From Candidatus Poseidoniaceae archaeon (GTDB taxonomy: Archaea; Thermoplasmatota; Poseidoniia; Poseidoniales; Poseidoniaceae), in assembly GCA_028353405.1 (NCBI GenBank), contig JAOMOG010000002.1, forward strand, positions 1,514 through 65,513: a DNA stretch of 64,000 nucleotides, given 5' to 3'. The position numbers and the translations under genes are program-made. Within the stretch, counting starts at the first letter, position 1. Every line of letters starts with the position of its first letter. Shown here in pieces: positions 37,210 through 49,300 of this stretch. The notes beneath the pieces are model-generated. The model made no database searches, was not told where the DNA came from, and was given only the letters and a program-made list of their open reading frames with translations.

Positions 37210-38850
37210 ATGGACTTAAAAGATACTGCTGGCAAACTAATCCAGGGTGATGTCAAAGGCGTTATTTCAGATGTTTCCAAGCAATTTGAGCGAACTGTAG
37301 GTTTGGCCGGTGTCATAATTATTTCACTTTCTGCAATGCTTGGTTCGGGACTCTTTGTATTACCTTCCTTTGCAGCAGTTATGATGGATGAAGGAATTTG
37401 GCTCGCATTTTTACTTGCGGCTTCAGTAGTTTTACCAGGGGCCTTTTCTAAATCAGAATTAGCATCTGGGATGCCCTCGAGTGGAGGTTCATATGTATAT
37501 CTCGAAAAAACATATGGTCCTTTGGTTGGAACGATTAGCGGTATTGGCTTATGGGCGTCGTTTCTACTAAAAGCATCCTTTGCATTAATTGGTTTTTCTG
37601 CATATATGTACACAATAACTACTTACTTTGATTTTGAACTGAACTCTTATGTTGTATCAGCATCAGCATTAATCTTAATCACAATCATCAACCTATTAGG
37701 GGTTAAGAAAGTTAAAGCCATTCAAGCACCAATTTTGGCATTAACCTTGTCTCTATTATTCGTTATTTCAATTATGGCATTGTTTGAACAATCTACCGAT
37801 TTGTCAAGACCTTGGGATGCAGCAATGAGTGCTGATCCTTGGACTATCGCGGAAACATCCGCATTTGTTTTTGTTGCGTATGCTGGAGTAACCAAGGTTG
37901 CTGCAATCGGAGGGGAAGTTAAAAACCCGGGAAAGAATCTACCTTCTGGAATCATGATTTCGTTATTAATTGCTACAGTTCTCTATTGTTCTATCACTTA
38001 CATAATGATGGCCACAATTCCGGGTGAATGGTGGCTGAATAACGATGGGTCTACTATCGAAGATCCTATTTACAAATTCGTTGAGACTGTAGCAGGTTCT
38101 AAAGTAGGCGTAGTAGCTGCAATTTTGGCTGTTTTAACCATGATTTCTATGGCATTGTCTGGTATTTTAGCGGCCTCACGATTTTTGTTTGCCATGGCTA
38201 GAGACAATTTACTCCCGCAGTCTCTAGAGGAAGTAAATGCAAAATATGAAACTCCACATTGGCCAATAATTTTGACGGCTACAATCATGGGAATGGCCAT
38301 ACTATTACTTCCTGTGAAAGATGTTGCAAAGCTAGCCTCTGGATTCAAAATAATGATATTTATTATGATCAATTCATGCGTTATTATTCTTCGTCAAACA
38401 GATTTCAAACATGAGTGGAATCCGGAATACCGCAGTCCATTATATCCATTCCTCCATATCTGGGGGATTTTAGCTGGTTTGGCTTTAGTTTACATTATGG
38501 GTGAAAAAGCATTCATTGGAGCTTCTGCAGCTATTGTGATGGGATTAATCGTATACTACCTGTACGGTAAAAAGCATGCACATCCAAGAGAAACTCCCTT
38601 TCACACTTTCAAACAAGAATTCCGTAATCCAACACCAGAAGAGCATAAACGCCGTGAGGAAATGTTCCACATGGCGGATTTGGGTGGTAAGAATCATTTG
38701 ACACTTACAGAATTCCAGCATGCATTGAAAAAACTTGGATTCAATTATAACGTGTACGAGTCCCGTATGATTTTTCACAAAGCGGATATCAATGAAGATG
38801 GAGTTATTGACATTGACGAATTCCTCAATAACTTTGAAGGCGAAGAATGA
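37210..38850 (+). CDS. APC-family amino acid permease with C-terminal EF-hand pair
   Basis: AMLGSGLFVLP, ELASGMPSSGGSY, FVAYAG, GGEVKNPGKNLP, ASRFLFAMARD, YRSPLYP; C-terminal DINEDGVIDIDEF EF-hand. Confidence 0.92.
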   Translation: MDLKDTAGKLIQGDVKGVISDVSKQFERTVGLAGVIIISLSAMLGSGLFVLPSFAAVMMDEGIWLAFLLAASVVLPGAFSKSELASGMPSSGGSYVYLEKTYGPLVGTISGIGLWASFLLKASFALIGFSAYMYTITTYFDFELNSYVVSASALILITIINLLGVKKVKAIQAPILALTLSLLFVISIMALFEQSTDLSRPWDAAMSADPWTIAETSAFVFVAYAGVTKVAAIGGEVKNPGKNLPSGIMISLLIATVLYCSITYIMMATIPGEWWLNNDGSTIEDPIYKFVETVAGSKVGVVAAILAVLTMISMALSGILAASRFLFAMARDNLLPQSLEEVNAKYETPHWPIILTATIMGMAILLLPVKDVAKLASGFKIMIFIMINSCVIILRQTDFKHEWNPEYRSPLYPFLHIWGILAGLALVYIMGEKAFIGASAAIVMGLIVYYLYGKKHAHPRETPFHTFKQEFRNPTPEEHKRREEMFHMADLGGKNHLTLTEFQHALKKLGFNYNVYESRMIFHKADINEDGVIDIDEFLNNFEGEE

Positions 38851-38899
38851 TATTCGTTAATTGCATATCTTAAAACGCTATGCATACCAGCGATGACTG

Positions 38900-40351
38900 A
38901 TGAGAAGAACACGTATTGTGTCTACCATCGGACCATCTTCCGACTCTCCCGAGATTCTAGAGTCGCTTCTTAGAGCCGGTGTTGATGTATGCCGATTGAA
39001 TTATTCGCATGGCGAACCAGCAGAGAAAACTCCAATTTATGAACGCATAAGGGGATTTGAAAGCATAATCGGTAGACCTACTTGCATACTTGCAGATTTA
39101 CCAGGACCTAAACTGAGGCTAGGGGTTTTCCCTGGAGTCATTCTATTGGTCAAGGGCCAAACTGTAGAACTTCACTGTGGTGTGGCTAAGATGAGTAACG
39201 CGAGTGCTGCAAAGTTACCAGTAGAATATGCAGGTCTTAGTTCAGAATTAAATGTCAACGATCCAGTTCTTATCGCCGATGGCCTGATTAGATTGGTTGT
39301 TACGCAGACGAAAGGCAAATCAGCTGGTATTGTAACATGTGTCGTTGACGATGGCGGCCCAGTTAGTAAGAGAAAAGGAATCAATGTTCCAAGCACAATG
39401 GTGGATTTGCCAGCTATTGGAAAAAATGACAAACTCGCATTAGAACATGCGCTTCAACATGGCGCAGATTATATTGCAGTCAGTTATGTTCGTACTGCTG
39501 CAGATTTACTACCGGCTAAAGAAGCGATAAAAAAGGCTGGGCAACATGTTCCTATCATTGCTAAAATAGAACACCCAGCCGCTTTAGAGAATCTAGAAGA
39601 GATTCTAGATATGGCTGATGCTGTGATGGTTGCGAGGGGCGATTTGGGAGTGGAAATTCCACTGGAACAAGTTCCGTTGGCCCAACAAAGAATCATTGAT
39701 GGTGCATTGCAAAGAGGTATGCCGGTGATTGTTGCGACACAAATGCTAGATTCGATGATTCTGAATTCGCGGCCTACAAGGGCTGAAGTGAGTGATATTT
39801 CTAATGCGATTCGTTTTGGTGCTACAGCTGTGATGCTCTCCGGTGAAACCGCTTCTGGAAACTATCCACTACAATCGGTTGAGACGATGGCGAAAATTGC
39901 TATTGCTACTGAACAAGGTTTGGAGTCATCAGGTGCTAGTCCAAGCGGATTGGTAAGATACAAAGCAACAAGAGCAGTTGCACATGCTGGTGTTGAATTG
40001 GCAAAAATTAGTAAAGCGGTAAGACTTATTGTTGCTACTGAGCATGGTAATGCGCCGAGATTGGTTGCAGGACACCAGCCAGGGATTCCAATTACTGCGG
40101 TCAGCGATAGGATTAGAGCGACTCGAAGAGTCCAATTATTGCCGGGCGTTGATAGTATAATTATCAAAGAACACCAACGCGGTTCAGAAACAATGGAGGC
40201 AGCGGTTTCAGCGCTTTTGGCGGATGGAAGGCTCAACTTCGGAGATCGTGTAGTTGCAATCTCAGGAAGCCCTCTTGCAATGAGGGGTGTGACTAGTACA
40301 ATCCGAATGTATCGCATCTCCAAAGATGGAACAATTCTTGGAGCCGAATAA
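38900..40351 (+). CDS. pyk: Pyruvate kinase
   Basis: RRTRIVSTIGPSS, RLNYSHG, DLPGPKLR, IIAKIE, MVARGDLGVE, ATQMLDSM, PTRAEVSD, MLSGETA. Confidence 0.97.
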   Translation: MRRTRIVSTIGPSSDSPEILESLLRAGVDVCRLNYSHGEPAEKTPIYERIRGFESIIGRPTCILADLPGPKLRLGVFPGVILLVKGQTVELHCGVAKMSNASAAKLPVEYAGLSSELNVNDPVLIADGLIRLVVTQTKGKSAGIVTCVVDDGGPVSKRKGINVPSTMVDLPAIGKNDKLALEHALQHGADYIAVSYVRTAADLLPAKEAIKKAGQHVPIIAKIEHPAALENLEEILDMADAVMVARGDLGVEIPLEQVPLAQQRIIDGALQRGMPVIVATQMLDSMILNSRPTRAEVSDISNAIRFGATAVMLSGETASGNYPLQSVETMAKIAIATEQGLESSGASPSGLVRYKATRAVAHAGVELAKISKAVRLIVATEHGNAPRLVAGHQPGIPITAVSDRIRATRRVQLLPGVDSIIIKEHQRGSETMEAAVSALLADGRLNFGDRVVAISGSPLAMRGVTSTIRMYRISKDGTILGAE

Positions 40352-40542
40352 TCGGCCGTAATAACCACTCTCGCTAATGTTTGAAAATTGGGGCATTTGA
40401 GATTATTCCGCCCATTATTTTGAATCCATAAGTCCCCTGTGGCCCGATTGTGTCGATTATTATTTACATTAAGTTAGATAAAAACCGTCGCGGTCTTCAA
40501 ATAGGGGTTTCTTGTCGGCTGACTCGCTAAGGAGTTATCAAT

Positions 40543-41832
40543 ATGGGATCTCAATGGGAAGATAGAAGCAAGTCACACCTGAATATCGTGTTTATCGGGC
40601 ACGTAGACCACGGAAAGTCCACTACTGTTGGACGCCTACTGTTGGACTCCGGTCACATCGAAGGTCACGTAGTTGAAAAGAACGAAAAGCTCGCTGCAGA
40701 ATCTGGTAAGGCTGGATTCGGTCTTGCGTACGTCATGGACGGACTAAAGGAAGAGCGCGAACGTGGTATTACTATCGACGTTGCTCACAAGGAATTTTTC
40801 ACACCTAACTACTACTGGACTGTTATTGACGCTCCAGGTCACCGCGATTTCGTAAAGAACATGATTACTGGTGCTTCACAAGCTGACGCAGCAGTTCTAC
40901 TCTGTGCAGCAAATGATGGTGTCAACTCACAAACCAAGGAACATGCTTTCCTTGCTCGTGTACTTGGTGTTTCACAACTCATCGTCCACGTCAACAAGAT
41001 GGATATCTCTGGTGTTGACTGGTCCGAAGACAAGTATAAGGCAGCATGTGCAGAAGTTAGCACTCTACTAAAGCAAGCAGGATACAAGCCAGATGACATA
41101 CCAATGATTCCAGCATCTTCTCTAAACGGAGACAATGTCTTCAACAAGTCCGATAAGTGCCCTTGGTACAATGGACCTACACTGTTCGAGGCTATTGACA
41201 AGGTTACAATGCCTCCTAAGCCAGTTGACAAAGCACTTCGCTTGCCGATTCAAGATGTCTACAAGATTTCAGGTATCGGAACTGTTCCAGTAGGAAAGAT
41301 CGAAACAGGAACTCTAAACGTTGGAAAGACTGTTGTCTTCAATCCATCACAGAAGTCTGCTGAAGTCAAGTCTATTGAGATGCATCACACAATGGTTGAC
41401 AGGGCAGAGCCTGGTGACAACGTTGGATTCAACGTTCGTGGCCTAGCAGCTGTTGACATCCGCCGTGGAGACGTTGCAGGATACACAGACTCTGCACCTA
41501 CATTCGTTCGTCATGACGAAACATTCGTTGGACAGATTAGTATCATGGGTATTCCAAAGGCAGTTTCAGTAGGATACACTCCTGTATTCCACGCTCACAC
41601 TGCTCAAGTTGCAATCCGCTTCTTGGATCTTCTAGAAAAGACCAACAAGAAAGGAAAGGAAGCAAATCCTTCTTTCCTAAAGACTGGAGACCAAGCAATG
41701 ATTCGCTTCCAGCCTACCAAGCCTTTTGCAATCGAGCAATTGGAGGACTTCCCACAACTTGCCCGCTTCGCTATTCGTGACATGGGTAAGACAGTCGCCG
41801 CTGGTGTTTGTCTAAAGATTGAAAAGAAGTGA
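40543..41832 (+). CDS. tuf: Translation elongation factor EF-1alpha
   Basis: [65 protein letters not shown]. Confidence 0.98.
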   Translation: MGSQWEDRSKSHLNIVFIGHVDHGKSTTVGRLLLDSGHIEGHVVEKNEKLAAESGKAGFGLAYVMDGLKEERERGITIDVAHKEFFTPNYYWTVIDAPGHRDFVKNMITGASQADAAVLLCAANDGVNSQTKEHAFLARVLGVSQLIVHVNKMDISGVDWSEDKYKAACAEVSTLLKQAGYKPDDIPMIPASSLNGDNVFNKSDKCPWYNGPTLFEAIDKVTMPPKPVDKALRLPIQDVYKISGIGTVPVGKIETGTLNVGKTVVFNPSQKSAEVKSIEMHHTMVDRAEPGDNVGFNVRGLAAVDIRRGDVAGYTDSAPTFVRHDETFVGQISIMGIPKAVSVGYTPVFHAHTAQVAIRFLDLLEKTNKKGKEANPSFLKTGDQAMIRFQPTKPFAIEQLEDFPQLARFAIRDMGKTVAAGVCLKIEKK

Positions 41833-41869
41833 GTCTAATTGATTTCATCTGATACTTGGGGGAATTAAA

Positions 41870-42199
41870 ATGGCAGCAGTAACAATCATCAAGTTAACCG
41901 GTGAAAACCATTCTGACATTGATTTAGTCGCAGCACAAATCAAGAACATTTGTGAAACAGGTGGCATTTCACTCCGTGGACCAATCCCACTACCTACACG
42001 CCGTTTAGTCGTACCAGTTCGTAAGGCACCATCCGGTGAAGGCAGTGAGACATACGATCACTGGGAACTGAGAGTTCACAAGCGTCTTATTGAGATGGAT
42101 ATTACCACTGGCAAGGATGAAAAAGCACTTCTCGCAGTAGCTCGTATCCAAGTTCCAGATACTGTAGGCATTGAACTTACAATGCGCGCAGTTAACTGA
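41870..42199 (+). CDS. rpsJ: 30S ribosomal protein S10 (uS10)
   Basis: GPIPLPTRRLVVPVRKAPSGEGSETYDHWELRVHKRLI; follows tuf. Confidence 0.97.
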   Translation: MAAVTIIKLTGENHSDIDLVAAQIKNICETGGISLRGPIPLPTRRLVVPVRKAPSGEGSETYDHWELRVHKRLIEMDITTGKDEKALLAVARIQVPDTVGIELTMRAVN

Positions 42200-42250
42200 A
42201 ATGTTAGTATTGACAATAATACATTGGCCGTAAGGCTAGTAATTTGACAT

Positions 42251-43273
42251 TCACAGGGCTGCAATCTTTGCAAACCCGCCATCGACCAACATTTCTGCTG
42301 TTAGTGAATCTAGGAAGTGAACATCGCCCACTTCTAAAGTGACTTCTTCACCCGCGGCGTTGATTATCGCTTCAGGTAACGACTCCAATATTCTAACTCG
42401 GATTAACTCATCAGTCTCAGGTTCAACTTCTTGATCTTCAATCATATCTTCTAAGATTATTTCACTAGCCTTGGAAGAAGGTGCCAGTTCCATCGCTGCT
42501 GCATGACGTATTTCACCTGCCATTCCTTCCATGAAGTCAGACATACCTTCATCTTCATCTTTGGTGGTAGTAATTGTTTCTTGAATTCTTTCATTATTAT
42601 CTAAATCAGCATGAATGTGCTCATCTAGGTCAGGCCATTCAGTATCACTAAAACGGTCCTCCTCATCAGTTTCCATAACCTCAATTTTTTCAGGTTTATC
42701 ATCTTCAAAAGCCAAAGCTGGAGGTGGGTTACCAGTCAAGTTATTGCTGGAGAAAGAATCTAATTGCATGGTTCCAGGTGCATGACGAACTTGGCTTATT
42801 CCACCTTCTCCAGCAATACCATTCTGCATTCCATTCCAGTCAACGCCCATTTTAAAGCGGTCTATTTGAATTTGTAATGCATGATAGAACGCCTTCTCTT
42901 CAGGATCGTGACGATGCCAATCAAGTGACGGTAATTCTTGGTTCTTAGCAGTATTTGCAGTGGCTCTCATCGATTGACTCGCTGCGTGCTGCATCATTGC
43001 AACCATTCTCTTACGCGCTAGATCACTTGCAATGCGGCGAATATTTGCTTGTCTTTTCTGAAGGTTTTGCAAGCGAATACCCGTTGCACCCACCCTTAGC
43101 ATATCCTGAATGTCCAAATCAATGTCAGAAAGTAGTTTTTTGACATTTTCCCAGAAATCAGTTCTCGGCAAACTGGTAGGAACATTTCGCCCTGATTGTT
43201 GCCGATTGGTAGTGAATAGTTGTTCTTCCACCTCGTGCGCTTGGGCGCTATCGAGTTCACGTGGAGGCGACAT
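42251..43273 (-). CDS. GINS complex subunit (Gins15/51-type) with long acidic linker
   Basis: Helical A-domain (LPRTDFWENV..RKRM..PEEKAFY) and C-terminal B-domain VRILESLPE..GEEVTLEVGDVHFL..AEMLVDGGFA. Confidence 0.78.
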   Translation of the reverse strand: MSPPRELDSAQAHEVEEQLFTTNRQQSGRNVPTSLPRTDFWENVKKLLSDIDLDIQDMLRVGATGIRLQNLQKRQANIRRIASDLARKRMVAMMQHAASQSMRATANTAKNQELPSLDWHRHDPEEKAFYHALQIQIDRFKMGVDWNGMQNGIAGEGGISQVRHAPGTMQLDSFSSNNLTGNPPPALAFEDDKPEKIEVMETDEEDRFSDTEWPDLDEHIHADLDNNERIQETITTTKDEDEGMSDFMEGMAGEIRHAAAMELAPSSKASEIILEDMIEDQEVEPETDELIRVRILESLPEAIINAAGEEVTLEVGDVHFLDSLTAEMLVDGGFAKIAAL

Positions 43274-43386
43274 TATGGCAACCCTGTCGCCCACGATTCT
43301 TGAACCCTTCACTAAAACCGTTTCACACATTCCATACTCACTTTGATATTCAAAGGCTACACCTCGCAGAGCGAGGTGAGTGAAAC

Positions 43387-46300
43387 ATGAGTGCTAAGGA
43401 AGGATTGAAGGATGGTGAAAATTCTCAATCTAATGCTGCATTTTTCATTGTATTCATCTTACTAATCACAGCCTATACGCCTATAATAGGAAATTCACAA
43501 CCAGATGCTATTCTTGAAAAAACATCGTACTACGAGACAGGTGATGTATCAAAATCAACATCAATTGAGCATTGGTCTGGACCGGACTCCTTCTATCCTA
43601 ATTCCAATCAAACCGGTGTGAACCAAACTCTCAATTCTTCAATTAATATCCCATATAATCAAAGTGTTAGCACAGCAGAAATATCAATCCAGCCCCTTTT
43701 TACTTCAACCAACGGTAATGGAACAATGTTTGGTCCACAATCTGCTAATAATTGGAATGGTACGCACAATGACACCAATGGCATTGGGCATACTGGAATG
43801 CTTACGCTAGCAACCAATTCTTCACTTGGAACATTAACTGACTTTGAACAGAATGTTTACACTCCTATCGATTGGCTGGGGCATGGAGATAATGATGACA
43901 TATGGCATATATTACGTCCTACCATAGATTCACTCAATACTTCAAGTAACCAATCTGTACCATCTAGTACGAGTCAAGGAATCGGATATCTGAGTTCAAG
44001 AGCATTGGGTGATATTTATCAAAACTTTAATTCATGCCTTAGTTCATCTGTATTCGAGGTTCCTAATTATGTTAATAATTATTCATTGACAACAAAGGTA
44101 TGGCTTTCACTTTTAGATTCTGATGCTGTTTGGATTGAAGCGATGAATGATTCGGGGATCTGGCAGGTGATCACTCCTGATTCAAATTATAGTAATTCTA
44201 GTTCACTAAATGGTTCTCCTTCAATGGTTTGGTCGGGTCAAAGCGATACTTGGCTTTCACAGCGCTTCCAATTAGATTCGATTGTTTCATCACAAAGTAA
44301 TGAAATCAAAATCAGGCTCTGTCTACAGACCTCTTCAACTGTTAGTGCCCGTGCCGGAGTATTCTTTGATGATTTGAAACTACATAATGATGGAGATCAA
44401 TCAGGTGCATGGTTACACGGAAGTTTGAACGGAGATTATGCACCAGATGCAAATGGAAGGTTGATTGTTCCAGCAAACCTCAGTAATTTGAGTGGAGCAC
44501 TAGAGATTGAATTATTTACCAATTGGGATATTGAAGGTGGCACTAACGATGGAATGACCACTTGGCTATCGCTTGACAATGGAACAAATTGGTATTTACT
44601 TTCTCTTTCACCGGGACATCCTGGAAACGGGATATGGTATCAAGGGACCTTTCATCAAACTGAATCTAGTGGGTGGGTGCCGATTAGTTATTCATTACCA
44701 GCGAATGTGTCTAGTCATGCTAATGCAAGTAATGCCCTATTCAGATTCCTTGTTCAAACCGATTCAATTGTAAATTATGGGGGACTCTCTTCATCTGGTT
44801 GGGAAGGAATGGCCATTGACGATATTGCGGTTTATGCCAACCGCAGTACTTCTAGTGCTCAAAAAAGAATAATTGCTAATTTTACCAGTTCGAGTGATGG
44901 CCTTTATGGTAATCAAAGTGGTTGGTTAAATTATTCAGGAGCAAATGTCAATCAGTGGAATTGGACCAACCTTCTGGGAGCCAATGGTCCAAAAGATATA
45001 TTGTTCCGCTTTGATAGTGGAAACCTAGCACCTGCGGGCTGGTCTGTACAAACTAGTGATACGAGGAAATTTGAAGTTGGTGCGGTAAGTAATGCTGCTG
45101 GGTTTGGGCCAGCATCATGGCCTTCGGGAACTAATGGGGCAGGAATATACCTGGACAACAAATATACCAGTAATATGCGAACTCATCTGATAACTCCAAT
45201 TTACGATATTCCTGAAAACTCTACAGCAAGACTTTCTTTCAAAAGTTGGGTTTGCACCGAAGCAGCTTGGGATGGTGGAGCGGTTTCACTTTCAACAGAT
45301 GGAGGAGATAGTTGGTGGTATATTCCACCAGATCTGAATGGATTCCATGACCAAATCTCTCAAGTCAATACATTTTCACCATTCTACGGTGAAGGAATAT
45401 TTGACGGTTCAAACGTCAATGGCGGTTGTCATAATGTCGTTAGAGGATTTGATTTGAAGCAATCTGACATCAGTAATCTTACCGGGCAAAGTGTCAGAGC
45501 GAGGTTTACTTTCTTTTCCGATACCTATGTGGAATTAGATGGCTGGTATTTGGATGATGCAGGAATTGAAGTAGATATATATGAGCCACAAGGAGAATGG
45601 ATTTCTAATTTGATTTCATTTGATGATGATTTTCAAAATGGTGGAATCTTGGATGGTTTCGTTGAAGAAACAGGAGGTACCAACATTAGATTCGATATCC
45701 TCTCGGCAAACGGAAGTGAAATATTTGGATTACAAAATAAAACACTTCCATTATCAATTGATTTAGACCGTAGTATTCATTCACAATTTCAAGTAAGAGT
45801 AAGAATGAGCACAAACTCTCCGTTACAAACTCCAGTATTGAAAAATCTTAATTTCGGTTCAAATTCATATTTTGATGTATTTCACTTGCAACACCAATCT
45901 AGAGATTACACTATTTCCGGCCAGTCCAATATGGATTACTCAAGTGGACTAGAAATTATGGCTATTGGTCAGACTTCAATTTCATGGGATATCAACGCAG
46001 TGTGCCCTATGAAGAATGGAAGATTGACTATCGTTGGAGATAACACTACAATTTCTCACCCAGGATTAATTGTTAATCTTCAGCAATGGGAGGAATCACC
46101 AGCGAGAACTATCTATGAGATGGCAAGCAGCACCTCCTTTAGAAATTCAACTACATTGAGTCTGACTATGTTTGCAGGTGATGAGATTACTTCTGTAATG
46201 TTTGAGCCAGATTGCCTTTTCGCACCTAGGGATACAAAAATAATACTTGGTGATAGTCTGACAATCTTTGAAGTAAGTCCAGGTCAAATGATATTCAATG

Positions 46301-49300
46301 AGATTCTACAATCAGTCAACGCTTCATCAGTTGACAATTTAATAGATCAATATTTCCAAGGAGGAATGAGAGAAGTTGTCAGTATTCCAATGACCGTCCA
46401 AACCTCAAGGGGTGCGATTAAAGTTGATTTCGGCTGGGTTGATGAGCCAATAATGGAAGATAGTATTTCTTCAATTAGTGCAAGCCGTTGGGTACCAGAT
46501 CAGAACATGAACCTAACTACATTGAGTTGGCGAACAGAGAGCAGCGAACCATTATTTGACTTCCCAACCAAAATAGATAAGGTTACTTTAATGCTATCAA
46601 CTTCACCGTTACAGAGTGATTCATTTGTTGAGGTTGAAGTTGTTAATGTTCAAAATAATCCAACCTTCCGTCAAGTCAAAGGAACTGGATTAGCAAGTTT
46701 GAATACAGCAAGTTGTCAAATTCAAATAATGCTGAATAGTGTAGAAGTTGATTGGTCAATTGATACACATTGGCTGATGGACGATGTTGATGAAATCCAT
46801 TATTTGGTTTTGTCAACAGACGAGGAAGGGTTTGAAGCTGGCCCAGGACATTTAGTACGTTCAACGCCATTTAATGAATTTGAGAATGATTTAGAAATAA
46901 TTGATTTCAATGTTGTTTCAGGTAATTCCAAGCAATTAGGAGATGCGTTTAACCCGCTGTGGCCTTTCCATTTACAGCCAAACCAAACTCTATCGGTAAC
47001 GGGTAAAGTTAGATTCGAAGGCATTGCCAATACATGGGCTCCACAGGATTCAGCAGAGATCCAAATTGAGATGAAAGCAGTCCCTCCAAAGAATGAATCT
47101 GGTGGGATAGATGAGTGGATTGGTGAGCCAATTATTTGGTCGCAAGTATGGTACTCATCATTAAATCAAAATTCTGTATTTGACCGAGATTTGATAGTTC
47201 CTCAATCCTTTGGACAATTCCCTAGCGGAACACGTTTTGAAATTCGCCCATCAATAAGTCGTGTAGGTCCATTAAGCGAGAACTCGTCTACTAGTATTGA
47301 TACAACTGCAAATTCAGTATTCGTTCCCTTTATCATCGATATCGAAAATCCAAAAATAATTTCAATATATGCACTTGATTCAGGTGGAATCACTCCTGCC
47401 GATGGTCACGTATGGATGTCGGGACAATCCCTTGCATTACGATTATTCATTGAGGACTCAGATGGTCTAGCAAGTCCTCTGAAGATGTATTATTGGCTAG
47501 AAAATCATGATGATAGTAATAACGATGGAATAATGCAGGCCAATGAATATAGAGAAATTAGTGTTACATTAAATAACGGTTTATTATCAACCGATATTGA
47601 TTTGCCGTTATTAGATGATGAACAAATCAAAGCCCCTGAAGAAATGGTTGGTCGCGCTAGTGTATATTTTGTCGGTGAAGATTTAGCTGGTAATTACATC
47701 GCTAATGGTGGTTCATTTGGTGAAGAAAATGACTTAGCTACAATCACTGTTGCCAACAGACAGAATACAGTAATAGACTACGATTCTCTAGAGTTTGATA
47801 CAATACAGGGGGTTCTATTAGCAGGAAAAGAACACCACTTCTCATTCAATCTCACAGATGGAAATGGTATTCAAACACTTGATAGAATTGAATTAGCATT
47901 GTTGGGAAGGGAAGATTTTTCAAATTGCTTCATCACATACTTTCCGAGGTATATGATAATTGAATACGATCAATATTGTATTATTTCAGCACCACAAGTT
48001 ATTGTTACGAAGCATCCACAATCAGCGACTTGGAATGTTGATTTCACATTTAGATTGGATTGGAACGGCTCATATAATTCTGGCCAAGGTGGTGGAATTC
48101 CTTCTCTAAAAATATTTGATGAAGGACAAGATCTTGGCCTTGGTGTTAGCAAAATAAGTATGTTTTTGTGGCAACCATCATTTGAAATTGAAATAGAAAT
48201 TACCAGTCTAGAAGATATTACAGAACCAGTTGGAGTTATTGAATCTAACAATATGTGGCTGCTTAGAGGTGATGAGATTGAATTATTCGCAACATTAATG
48301 CACAAAGGAACTGGATTGGCAGCAGAATATTTCCCTACCGAGGCAGTATTAAACTGGCACTTAAGTGATACTGAGAGAGATTCATATGGTGTCATTGAAC
48401 TAGGTATTGATGGTAACATTTACCTTCTATTGGAGATTGATAATGAAATTGTTAAGCATAGATTTGCGACTTTGGAATTGTATATTTCAGGAACTAATAT
48501 TGCCATTCCTCAACCGCTAATGATCAATATGACAATAGATGATTCCCCCCCATTATTAGCAATTCCAACTGGATATCTGACAATTATAAATTCTGATGAA
48601 ATGGAAAACGTTGATGTCGCCGTATTGATTTCAGATTCTGCTGGGATGAAAAACACCGAAATCACCATGCATTGGCATTTCCGTCGAGCAAATCAAATAG
48701 TCATGGGAAGTTATGGACAAGCCATAGTACCCTATAATTCACATTCAGGTACTACTACGACCTTTTTGGCAATAATTGATATGACCTTAGAAGACCAATC
48801 TATATTACAAGCATTTGATCGTGTTGAGATTTGGTTTGAGGCTACGGATAAAGCGGGATATGAATTACAAGGCTATGGTAGCTCATTTTCACCAGTTCAA
48901 CCATTATTTAGATGGATTGACTTTGAACCTAGATTTGATACTATCCAAGCAACACCTTACCGTCCGACGATTGGAGAGGAACTCAATATCACAACACGAG
49001 TTGTAAACGAAGGGGTTTTGGGTGGTGAAATCACTTTGATACTAGCCGATTCCGATGGAAAAATATACGCAACAGAGGTAGTTTATCTCGAATCGGGTCA
49101 ATGGCAGCAATTCAACTGGACAATAGAGGCCTGGAAAACAGGAAGACTTGGCTTAACATTACAAATCCTCAACCAGACAGGGGAAGTGCCGATACCGCTT
49201 GCCAATGTAGCAGAAATTCCTGAAGAGTCTATATCTGCAACATCTGGATTATTGGGACTCTCAATTCTGATGGTCTTATTCTCATCAATAGGATTATTCA

